A stretch of 64,000 nucleotides of DNA. Origin: Candidatus Liptonbacteria bacterium (GTDB lineage: Bacteria > Patescibacteriota > Minisyncoccia > UBA6257 > JACOXY01). This document shows, piece after piece, positions 54,159 to 62,698 of this stretch. Where the stretch lies: the NCBI GenBank assembly GCA_016182095.1, contig JACOXY010000011.1, positions 3,794-67,793 of the forward strand, given 5' to 3'. The stretch's first letter is position 1; every line of letters begins with the position of its first letter. The notes under the pieces are model-generated. The model was not told the origin of the DNA. It saw only the letters and a program-made list of their open reading frames with translations, and ran no database searches. A program made the translations under genes and the position numbers.

Positions 54159-54863
54159 ATGAAGATTTTGGAGCCGCGAATTGTTTTTTCTTCTGGCATG
54201 ATTGCCGCCGGAAAAAGTACAACCTGTAGAGGTTTGGTGCGAGAAATTGCAAACGCGTTTTACCTTGACCGTGATGATATGATTTTCCCGCTTCTTCATG
54301 TGGCGCCCACAGTCTCAAAAGAATTGCCGCCGTTTGAAGAATATGTCAAAAATGACAATGTTTTTCCTGATAATGCCAGGATGGTGGATACGCCCTTCGG
54401 TGAAATGATTCAAATTTATCCTGCCAATCATTATCACAGACGGCACAGCCGAGACCAGGTTTACCTTATTCAGGCCAGGCTCGCATCCAGAGGATTAGAC
54501 CTTGGTAAGGTACCGGTGCTGGATTGTTTTTTGATGAGACAGATTGATGACGGCAGTTTAGGGCGCTTCATCGAGCAACCGCTATTTCGAGGGTACCTCA
54601 AGTATTTAATCCACTTCGTAGTTAGTCCGGAGGCTTGCTTTGAAAGAATTAAGGCGCGCAAAGGAGACAAGGAGGCGGAGGAGAGAAGCCGCGGAATGTT
54701 TGAAATTGAATCGTTTAAGAAAACACTAAGTGAAAAGCACGAGAGAATCCCCAGGGGGTTAAAAGATCTTAAATATCTGCTAATGGACACGACCGATAAA
54801 TCAACCGAAAAATGCGTTTCAGAGTGTCTCTCCTATATTTCCGGACCGTCTCCCTACATGTAA
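54159..54863 (+). CDS. P-loop kinase-like protein
   Basis: GMIAAGKST, LDRD, ERI..R lid motif. Confidence 0.75.
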   Translation: MKILEPRIVFSSGMIAAGKSTTCRGLVREIANAFYLDRDDMIFPLLHVAPTVSKELPPFEEYVKNDNVFPDNARMVDTPFGEMIQIYPANHYHRRHSRDQVYLIQARLASRGLDLGKVPVLDCFLMRQIDDGSLGRFIEQPLFRGYLKYLIHFVVSPEACFERIKARKGDKEAEERSRGMFEIESFKKTLSEKHERIPRGLKDLKYLLMDTTDKSTEKCVSECLSYISGPSPYM

Positions 54864-54873
54864 AAGCAAACCA

Positions 54874-54901
54874 AAGGCAGCGGACCATGCGCTGCTTTTT
54901 T
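54874..54901. terminator. bidirectional terminator
   Basis: GCAGCG...CGCTGC plus T tract between convergent genes. Confidence 0.65.
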
Positions 54902-55496
54902 ATTTTTCTAATATATATCTCACGGCATCCAAAGCGTTTTGCGCTTTAGATGTGGGCTTAACGTCATTCTTAAAGGCATTGCCCGACTTTGGAACTCTAC
55001 TGTTTGCCAGAGATTCAATCATAATAGTCTTGCAGCCCGCAGCCTCGCCAGCGGCAATGTCGGTAACCATATCGCCCAACATCCAGCTTTTCTTTAAATT
55101 AATATTCAAATCTTTGGCCGCCTTAATGATCATGCCCGGAGCCGGCTTGCGGCACCCGCACACTGTCCTATATTTTAAGGCGCGCTCCGGAACATCGGGG
55201 TGTGTTTCCGGATGATGCGGGCAAAAATAAAATCGGTCAATAAGACCTCCTAATTTTCTATTAATAAATTCGTGAAGTTCAACCACATCTTCGTAACTTA
55301 CAATACCGCGCGCTATGACCGGCTGATTGGTAATAATAACATTCAGGTAACCGCGCCCCTTAAGGGCATGAAGAGCTTCGCGGACACCGTCCACAATCAC
55401 AACGTCTTCTTTTTTATATATAAATCCATAAGCCTCATTGCCCTTAGGAAGTTCAAGGATAACTCCGTCCCTGTCAAAAAAAACAGCTTTATTCAT
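54900..55496 (-). CDS. gmhB: D,D-heptose 1,7-bisphosphate phosphatase
   Basis: FDRDGV, TNQ, CPH, CGCRKP..GM, GD...D. Confidence 0.88.
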   Translation of the reverse strand: MNKAVFFDRDGVILELPKGNEAYGFIYKKEDVVIVDGVREALHALKGRGYLNVIITNQPVIARGIVSYEDVVELHEFINRKLGGLIDRFYFCPHHPETHPDVPERALKYRTVCGCRKPAPGMIIKAAKDLNINLKKSWMLGDMVTDIAAGEAAGCKTIMIESLANSRVPKSGNAFKNDVKPTSKAQNALDAVRYILEK

Positions 55497-55504
55497 ATTA
55501 GAGA

Positions 55505-56662
55505 CTAAACCACAAAGCGGCCCTGCTTATCTAAAAAGAAGTTTTTGCTATAAATATCAGGGTTTTGCTTTCTAAAAAACGAGCGGATAACCCAGTCAAA
55601 AAATCTCTTAATCACGCGAGGGAGCGCGCAAGCTACAGACATAAATTTTTCGTAAAAAGAATAATCGGCAAAAAGCAGCCCAGAAACATCTTGCTTCAAG
55701 CTAACTTTTAAAAAGCTTCCATCAAGGCGCCTCTTGATTGCTTCTGCAAAAATTGTCGCAAGCGCCTCTTTTCCAAAAAAAATTCGCATTTTTGAAACAT
55801 AACTTTTCCAGTCCCGGAAGAAGAAATTGTCGTAAAGCATTCGCCTATACCCATATCTCTTTAAAATCCCGCGAGCCGTATCATTATTAATTCCATATTT
55901 CTCGCGCAATTTCATGGAGCCCTTATGAGTCATGTAGTGCTCAATGGGGAGTTCGGTTTTTAAATATACGGCGTTTTGAGCAACAATGAAACGGCTCTCT
56001 TTTGCCGCGAGTTTTATGGGATAAATAACATCGGAACCGTATTCGTGCTGTATCATCTCCCGAAGAGGTTCGGGCAGGTTCGGCGGGGGAGCATTCAAAA
56101 AACTTTCCACGGCCAACATGGCATTTAGGGCATCTTCCTTATTGGCCATGCCAAGCATTATCATTGAAGGAATGAAAGTTCTATAGGCATTATCGCCAAA
56201 ATATTTTTTAGGGTAAATCCCGCTCTTTACTTCCGCTTCGCGGGTAAAATAATATGAGTTGTCCTTGGAAACGATGCTGAAAATTCTTCCGAGTACAGAG
56301 CTGACTCCCTCTTCCCGCTCGAAAATTTTTACACATTCTTCTATGTAATTTCTCGAAAGCCAGTCATCGTGAGCGCAGTGCTGAACATACTTTCCTTTAG
56401 CGAGGCGGAATATTTGGGTCATGCTTTTTGTATAACCCAGATTTTTTTCCGTTTTAATATAGTTTATTCTTGAATCTTTATCTTTGTACCCCTGGACTAT
56501 CTCTCCGGTATTATCTTTGCTCGCATCATCAAATACCAAAATTTCGAGATTTTTATAAGTTTGATTGGTAGCGCTCTCCAGGGCTCTCCAAATGAAATCG
56601 GCTCCGTTATAAACCGGTATCCAAATAGTAACAAGGGGGTTTGTATTTTCACTATAAATCAT
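55505..56662 (-). CDS. glycosyltransferase family 2
   Basis: IPVYNG, DDASKD, HDD. Confidence 0.88.
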   Translation of the reverse strand: MIYSENTNPLVTIWIPVYNGADFIWRALESATNQTYKNLEILVFDDASKDNTGEIVQGYKDKDSRINYIKTEKNLGYTKSMTQIFRLAKGKYVQHCAHDDWLSRNYIEECVKIFEREEGVSSVLGRIFSIVSKDNSYYFTREAEVKSGIYPKKYFGDNAYRTFIPSMIMLGMANKEDALNAMLAVESFLNAPPPNLPEPLREMIQHEYGSDVIYPIKLAAKESRFIVAQNAVYLKTELPIEHYMTHKGSMKLREKYGINNDTARGILKRYGYRRMLYDNFFFRDWKSYVSKMRIFFGKEALATIFAEAIKRRLDGSFLKVSLKQDVSGLLFADYSFYEKFMSVACALPRVIKRFFDWVIRSFFRKQNPDIYSKNFFLDKQGRFVV

Positions 56663-56673
56663 TAAGGCTGGCT

Positions 56674-57612
56674 TTACGCAAAGTTTGTGTGTTCCGTATG
56701 GCGGATAATTTGATATCCCTTAACAAGTTCTTTAATGCCGCTCTGAAGAGAGTGGGCGGGCTTAAATCCGGTAGCTTCTATTTTTGCGTTTGAAACTATA
56801 TAATTCCTCTTGTCCGGATCCTCCCCTATTTCCGCTTCCAAATATACGAAGTTCGGCACGAATTTCTTTATTTCTTCGCAAAGCTCTACCTTACTTAGAT
56901 TGGCGTCGGAGAGCCCCAAATTATACGCCTGGTTTTTCATTCTATCGAAATTCTCCATACAGTGAATAAACCCGCGGACAACATCGCGGATATGTATAAA
57001 ATTGCGCTTAAAATGAGATTCAAAGAGAACAATACTGCCGTCTTTCATGGCGCGATGCACAAAGTCATTTACCAATAAATCAAGCCTCATCCTGTGGCTC
57101 ATCCCAAAAACTGTGGCGAGTCTTAACGTAATTGCGTTGCCGGATTCCAATATGGCTTTTTCCGCTTCTACCTTCAGGCGCCCATACAGAGAAATGGGGT
57201 TCAAAAAAGAATTTTCATCGCAAAAGACGGCTTTACTGCCGACACCATAGCCGCTATTGGTATTCGGGAAAATTATTCTTTGCTCCGGCTTTCGGAACTC
57301 AAGAATCATTCTAATGGCATCAAGATTGGTGGTAGTAGCCGCGACAGGATCGCGGTTGCAGGCAGGCATCCCCACGATACAAGCAAGCGGGATTATATAA
57401 TCTTTATCCGCGATATATTTTGCAACTAAGTCCTCGCTCCTTGCGTCCCCTCGAACCACAGTCAGTTTTTCATCGTAGGCGCAATCGGCAAGCGATGTCT
57501 GGCCATACATAAAGTTATCAATAACAGTTACTATATGCCCGCGGCGCAGGAGCTCCGGCACAAGCATTGACCCAATATACCCGGCTCCGCCGGTTACAAG
57601 AATTTTTGACAT
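56674..57612 (-). CDS. SDR oxidoreductase, Campylobacter Cj1427-like (GDP-heptose C4 dehydrogenase type)
   Basis: GGAGYIG, IIPLA..VG.P.C, PNTNSGYG, RLATVFG.S.RMRLDLLVNDF, GEDPDKR match my recollection of Cj1427. Confidence 0.75.
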   Translation of the reverse strand: MSKILVTGGAGYIGSMLVPELLRRGHIVTVIDNFMYGQTSLADCAYDEKLTVVRGDARSEDLVAKYIADKDYIIPLACIVGMPACNRDPVAATTTNLDAIRMILEFRKPEQRIIFPNTNSGYGVGSKAVFCDENSFLNPISLYGRLKVEAEKAILESGNAITLRLATVFGMSHRMRLDLLVNDFVHRAMKDGSIVLFESHFKRNFIHIRDVVRGFIHCMENFDRMKNQAYNLGLSDANLSKVELCEEIKKFVPNFVYLEAEIGEDPDKRNYIVSNAKIEATGFKPAHSLQSGIKELVKGYQIIRHTEHTNFA

Positions 57613-57669
57613 AGTGTTATTCTATAGAAATTTAAAAAAATGGCAACCGTAAAATAATCGCCGCATAAT

Positions 57670-58653
57670 TTAGGCTTCTTTTATCTTATTTCTCCAAAAT
57701 TCCAGAAGATAAAGCACGCTCTCCTCAAAAGAATACCTCGGTCGCCAACCGGTAGCATTTATAAATTTAGTAATGTCGGGAATCTGCAAAGTGACATCCG
57801 CGGGGCGCAAAAGAGCCGGATCAATCCGTGAGGGAATTTGAACAGTGGCTTTATTTTTTAGAACATCCAAAAAATCTCCGATTTTAATAACGGTAGGCCC
57901 TCCGATATTATAGGCTTCTCCAAATTCACATTTTTCGGCAGCTACCCAATACGACTCCATGGCGTCACGAACATCGATGAGCGTCCTCACTGAATCTAAA
58001 TTGCCATGCAAAAGCTCTTTTTGTTTGCCGGCCTCAATTAAAGCGACCTGCTTCGCCCATGAAGTCGCGAAAAGATCTTCACGCCTTGGATTCAGATACG
58101 CGAACATGCGTGTTCTCACAACTTTCATGCCGTAGGCCCTGAAATAGGTAAATCCCAAAAAGTCTCCGGCAACTTTTGAAACTGCGTATGGATTTGAGGG
58201 AATAATCGGGCAGTCTTCTTTAATGGGAACGTTTTTAGGATCTACCTGGCCATAAACTTCGCTGGTGGAACAAATTTGGATAACCGGATCGATTTCGGCC
58301 GAGCGCACAGCTTCAAATAAATTGGCGGTGCTCATGATGTTGTTCTGCATCATGGAAAGCGGTGTAAGCCAAGCAGCCCTGACGTTAGCATAAGCAGCCA
58401 AATGAAAAATAACGTCGGGCTTCACTTCTTTTAAGACCCGCAAAATGGAACTAAAATCGTTTAAGTCGCATTCGTAAATTTTTATCTTGTCTTTCAGGTG
58501 GGCGACATTGCTGTTTACGCTGGTGCTGTGCCAACGGGAAACACCGCTCACTTGAACGCCGGGGCAGTGGAGAACGATATAATCGGCCAGGTAACTGCCC
58601 CCGGAGCCGGTTATGCCTGTAATAAGAGCTTTTTTGAATATTCTTTTCTCCAT
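57670..58653 (-). CDS. GDP-sugar (probably heptose) 4,6-dehydratase-like protein
   Basis: GITGSGGSYLA, STSEVYG, NPYAVSK, HGNLDSVRT, LLRPADV. Confidence 0.8.
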   Translation of the reverse strand: MEKRIFKKALITGITGSGGSYLADYIVLHCPGVQVSGVSRWHSTSVNSNVAHLKDKIKIYECDLNDFSSILRVLKEVKPDVIFHLAAYANVRAAWLTPLSMMQNNIMSTANLFEAVRSAEIDPVIQICSTSEVYGQVDPKNVPIKEDCPIIPSNPYAVSKVAGDFLGFTYFRAYGMKVVRTRMFAYLNPRREDLFATSWAKQVALIEAGKQKELLHGNLDSVRTLIDVRDAMESYWVAAEKCEFGEAYNIGGPTVIKIGDFLDVLKNKATVQIPSRIDPALLRPADVTLQIPDITKFINATGWRPRYSFEESVLYLLEFWRNKIKEA

Positions 58654-58656
58654 TTT

Positions 58657-59832
58657 TTAACGCTTTACCGCGTCCAATACTACTTTTGAAATAAATTTTA
58701 CATCTTCGGTTTTAAGCGAAGGATGATTCGGCAAAAAGAAGCCACGATTATAAAGTTCGTCAGCCCACTTGAAATGCGCCTCGCCATACCGATTAGCCCA
58801 AAAGGGGTGAAGACCGAGATTCCCGGCCGTGTAGAGACGCGTTTCAATGCCATTTTTATGAAGAGCATCCGCCACAGTCTTTCTCTCTGCAGAATCGTTG
58901 GCCAAGGCGCAGAAATGAATACTGCATGGCACAATATCATTATCATATGACTGGGCATAAAACTTTTCACCCAGTAATTTTTTGTACAAGTGATGATTCC
59001 GGCTGCGCCGCTCCACAAGCCAATCCATTTTATCAAGTTGCCGCAAGCCCAAGAATGCCTGAAGGTCGGTTGCCCTTAAGTTGAGCCCGGGTTCATAAAA
59101 TATAAAGGGATTGTGGCTATTATCTACATTATATTTATTAAGCAGCGCCCCATGCGAATCTGGATCCAAATCCTTGCCCCAACCATGGCTTCTTGACATC
59201 AAAAGCAAATTATTAAATTCCTGATCGTCGGTCGAGACTACCCCCCCTTCAATTGTAGAAAGCTGATGCCCAAAGTAAAGCGAGAAGCTCGACATGTCGC
59301 CGAACGTTCCAGCTTTTCTCCCGCGATGCGACGCCCCCATGGCGGCACAGGCATCCTCCAAAAGAACAAATTTATATTTTTCTTTTAGAGCCAAAAGTTT
59401 ATCAATGTGCTTATGGGGAACGCCAAGAATTTGTACAAATATTACAGCTCCGGGGTCATGCTTTTTTAACAGCTCCTCCAAATAATCAACATCCAAAGCA
59501 AAGGTATCCTTATCCGCCTCGCACATGATTGGCTCAAACCCAAACTGGATTGCCGGAGTAATGGTTGTGGGCCATCCGGCAGAAGGAACAATTATTTTTT
59601 TGTTTTTAAGTTTAGACGATAATAAAAGAACATAATACATGAGGAGGTTAGCCGAAGAACCGGAGTTGCAAAACACGGAATATTTCTTTCCCCACCAGTT
59701 GCTCCATTTTTTTTCAAACTCCAAAGTTAACGGCCCCTTGGTAAGGCGGGAGTTAGTTTTAAGCCAGTCAATAAGAGCGCTTATATCCTTATCATCAATA
59801 GTGTCTTCCGCAAGATGATGTTTGATTTGCAT
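58657..59832 (-). CDS. ColD-like PLP-dependent 3-dehydratase (second copy)
   Basis: NSGSSANL, FSLYFGH (His at the Lys position), RSHGW; start moved to MQIKH. Confidence 0.8.
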   Translation of the reverse strand: MQIKHHLAEDTIDDKDISALIDWLKTNSRLTKGPLTLEFEKKWSNWWGKKYSVFCNSGSSANLLMYYVLLLSSKLKNKKIIVPSAGWPTTITPAIQFGFEPIMCEADKDTFALDVDYLEELLKKHDPGAVIFVQILGVPHKHIDKLLALKEKYKFVLLEDACAAMGASHRGRKAGTFGDMSSFSLYFGHQLSTIEGGVVSTDDQEFNNLLLMSRSHGWGKDLDPDSHGALLNKYNVDNSHNPFIFYEPGLNLRATDLQAFLGLRQLDKMDWLVERRSRNHHLYKKLLGEKFYAQSYDNDIVPCSIHFCALANDSAERKTVADALHKNGIETRLYTAGNLGLHPFWANRYGEAHFKWADELYNRGFFLPNHPSLKTEDVKFISKVVLDAVKR

Positions 59833-59965
59833 AGTATAATTATTAGATAATACCAATTATAAACCAAAAGCGGAGCTTTCGCCAATCACTTGAAATGCCC
59901 ACTCCCAAATGATAGTGTGACGAAGCATGTGCCAAATACACACCCGGGGACTAGAGATTTTTTAA

Positions 59966-60538
59966 ATGAGTTATAGAATTAAAACAAAAGAAATAGTTAC
60001 GAGCGCTCCAATAAATAAAAATCGATGGTGCCTGCTGGACAGGGATGGAGTGCTGGTAAAAGACAGGGGTCACACCCATAAAATATCGGATTTAGAAATT
60101 TTGCCGAACGTAACAGAAGGGCTGCGGCTTTTGAAAGATGCCGGCTTCAGATTTATTGTGGTGACTAATCAGGCGGGCATTGCCAAAAAATATTATACGC
60201 GTGAAGACGCTGATTTATTTAACTGCGAACTACAAAAGCGCTTGGCGAAAGAAAATATTTTTATTGAGGCATTTTACGTGTGCCCTCATCACCCTCATCA
60301 CACAGGAGAATGTTTTTGCAGAAAACCCAATACGGGCATGCTGGAACAGGCGCAAAAAAAATTCTTTATCAAGCCAGCATTATCAATCCTCGTCGGCGAT
60401 AAAGATTCCGACATTGAGGCCGGAAAACGTTGGGGGTGCAAGACTTTCAGAATTGCAAGCGGCCAATATCCCGCGGAAATTAAGGCCGACTACAATATTA
60501 AAAATTTGCTGGAAGTTGCGAATATTTTAAACAGATGA
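59966..60538 (+). CDS. gmhB: D,D-heptose 1,7-bisphosphate phosphatase (second copy)
   Basis: LDRDGV, TNQAGI, CPH, CFCRKP.TGM, GDK.SD. Confidence 0.88.
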   Translation: MSYRIKTKEIVTSAPINKNRWCLLDRDGVLVKDRGHTHKISDLEILPNVTEGLRLLKDAGFRFIVVTNQAGIAKKYYTREDADLFNCELQKRLAKENIFIEAFYVCPHHPHHTGECFCRKPNTGMLEQAQKKFFIKPALSILVGDKDSDIEAGKRWGCKTFRIASGQYPAEIKADYNIKNLLEVANILNR

Positions 60539-61257
60539 AAAAAGTTATAAAACAACTGTTTCCCCGGGCAGTCGCGCTTTATCACAAAATCAATAAAACT
60601 CTGAAAGCTTTTATGGAACTTCCTCCCTATATTTACATTGAAGAAACAAACATAAAAATCCCGGCGCGCAATTGGATGGTATATGCCATATATTCCGGCG
60701 GAGGAAATATCGCGGATAAAAAACTTTACTATGAAAAAGAACTGACTTCCGAATTTAAAAAACTGCTTTCCAGCAAAAAAAATAAGGATTTTTTTGATGT
60801 TGGCGCCGGCATGGGATATTACAGCTTTATTGCCGCCGCGTCCGGAGCGCGGGTTGCCGCTTTTGAACCGGTAGACGCGCTGGCGAATTTTGTGAGGAGG
60901 GGCGCCAAAATGAACGGCCTAAAAATGTCGGTATTTAACGACCCGATCGGCGAAGACGGTAAAATTGTAACTGCCGATATAGGTATCCAAAAAACAACCA
61001 AAAAATCTATTTCTCTTGATGCTTTCGCCAAAAATCACTTCGTTCCCGGCATTATCAAAATAGATGTGGACGGCAACGAAAAAGAAATAATAGAAAACGG
61101 AGAGGGCCTCTTCAAGAATCACCCGCTTGATGTATTTTTAGAAATAAGAAAAGAAACTCAAAATTTGGCGGGGACACTTAAACGTTGGGGATTTTTTGAA
61201 AAAATGCGGCTGGGCGATAGCTCCGACTCAATGATGATTCTATTTTCAAAAAAATAA
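60535..61257 (+). CDS. FkbM family methyltransferase
   Basis: FFDVGAGMG, AFEP, IKIDVDG.E. Confidence 0.85.
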   Translation: MKKVIKQLFPRAVALYHKINKTLKAFMELPPYIYIEETNIKIPARNWMVYAIYSGGGNIADKKLYYEKELTSEFKKLLSSKKNKDFFDVGAGMGYYSFIAAASGARVAAFEPVDALANFVRRGAKMNGLKMSVFNDPIGEDGKIVTADIGIQKTTKKSISLDAFAKNHFVPGIIKIDVDGNEKEIIENGEGLFKNHPLDVFLEIRKETQNLAGTLKRWGFFEKMRLGDSSDSMMILFSKK

Positions 61258-61318
61258 ATTTACCGTCGTCACAAAAACAGAGCCGTGTTTATAGATGAAA
61301 TGCGCTGCGCCGCAAACC

Positions 61319-62683
61319 TCACATTATTTTTTCTATTTCTTCGCAGATGATATGTGTTAAGAGAGTGTGCACTTCCTGAATTCGGGGGGTGCTGTTCGAG
61401 GGCACAATTAAAGAAACGTCAAAAAGATCCTTTGACAATCCTCCGCTGTTTCCCAAAAAGCCAATAGTCTTTAATCCCGATTTTTTTGCGGTTTTACAGG
61501 CTTCAATAATATTTGCTGAATTGCCGCTCGTAGAAATGCCTATAAACACATCACTCTTTCTGCCCAAAGCTTCGACTTGTCTCGCAAACACGGTTTTATA
61601 CTCAAAATCATTTGCCCAGGCCGTCAGAACCGAAGTATTGGCGTTTAGGGCAATCGCCGGATAACCCCTGCGGTCCTTTCTCATAAAAGTACAAACCAAT
61701 TCAGCGGCAAAATGCTGGGCTTCGGCCGCGCTCCCGCCATTGCCAGCGATTAAAATCTTATTATCGGACGCTAAACAATCCTGAATCATCTTGATCATTG
61801 CGTTTATCGGCTGTAAAAAGTTATCTTCTATAAGAAAACTCCTTTTTAAATCAACGGATTCTTTAAAATAATTTTGGATTTTTCTTGTTTTCCCGTTTGG
61901 ATTAATCAGCCGATTATTTATTTCATAAGCCGCGCCAATAAGCCCCAAATCGACGCGCATTTTTTTACCCAACTGCAAAATTGCCCTTACGTCTTTGGGG
62001 AAACAGCCGCCCCCATAACCGCGATATCCTTCGTGGAATATCTCAAAATGGCTATCGCCTATCCTTTTGTCCTGTACCACGCAATCCTTCACAACGTCAT
62101 AATCAACGCCTTTTAGTTTTTCGCAGAGATCATAAATTTGATTCGCGAAAACTACCCTCGTTGCCAAATAAGCGTTCCCGAAATATTTTATCATCTCCGC
62201 TTCTTTGGCTTTTACAACTCTCGCGAAAGGCGCCTTAGGCAAGATTTTTAAAATCGAGGGGGCGATTTTTTTTCCTTTCGGCCCGGCAAAGCCTATAATT
62301 TGCCGGTCAGGTTTTACAAAGTCTTTATTCGCGGTCTTGGCACGAAGAAATTCGGGATTAAAAAGAATGATTTTTTTTGGATGCTGGCTTTGAAAAGAGT
62401 CGATTGAACCAGGCAATACCGTTGACTTAATCACAACTGTTTTTCCGTTATTTATAATATTTAAGGTTTCGCGTATCGCAGAATCATCATACCCGTTCTC
62501 GTTAAAGGGGGTTGGGACAGCAACAAAAATTACATTCGCTTTATTTATCTCTTCGGGCGATCCTATTTTTTTATATTTATCATAAAGATAAATGTCATAT
62601 TTATCCGAATTTCTTTTAAACCAGTTTTTCACCGCCCCCCCCACAAACCCCAAACCTACAATGCCAATTTTTGTCTTTTTCAT
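61319..62683 (-). CDS. gmhA: fusion of short UDP-glucose/GDP-mannose dehydrogenase-like protein and GmhA sedoheptulose-7-P isomerase
   Basis: GLGFVG, VPTP, IKST, NPEFL, GGGCFPKD followed by GNGGSAA.AQH, STSGNS, RIQEVH. Confidence 0.85.
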   Translation of the reverse strand: MKKTKIGIVGLGFVGGAVKNWFKRNSDKYDIYLYDKYKKIGSPEEINKANVIFVAVPTPFNENGYDDSAIRETLNIINNGKTVVIKSTVLPGSIDSFQSQHPKKIILFNPEFLRAKTANKDFVKPDRQIIGFAGPKGKKIAPSILKILPKAPFARVVKAKEAEMIKYFGNAYLATRVVFANQIYDLCEKLKGVDYDVVKDCVVQDKRIGDSHFEIFHEGYRGYGGGCFPKDVRAILQLGKKMRVDLGLIGAAYEINNRLINPNGKTRKIQNYFKESVDLKRSFLIEDNFLQPINAMIKMIQDCLASDNKILIAGNGGSAAEAQHFAAELVCTFMRKDRRGYPAIALNANTSVLTAWANDFEYKTVFARQVEALGRKSDVFIGISTSGNSANIIEACKTAKKSGLKTIGFLGNSGGLSKDLFDVSLIVPSNSTPRIQEVHTLLTHIICEEIEKIM

Positions 62684-62698
62684 ATTTTAAATTTTACT

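Noticed and set aside
56395-56406. CTTTAGCGAGGC match to the RSFSEA-type repeat
   Set aside because: Short match inside a normal GT2 motif (RLAKGKY) with no length anomaly; probably chance.
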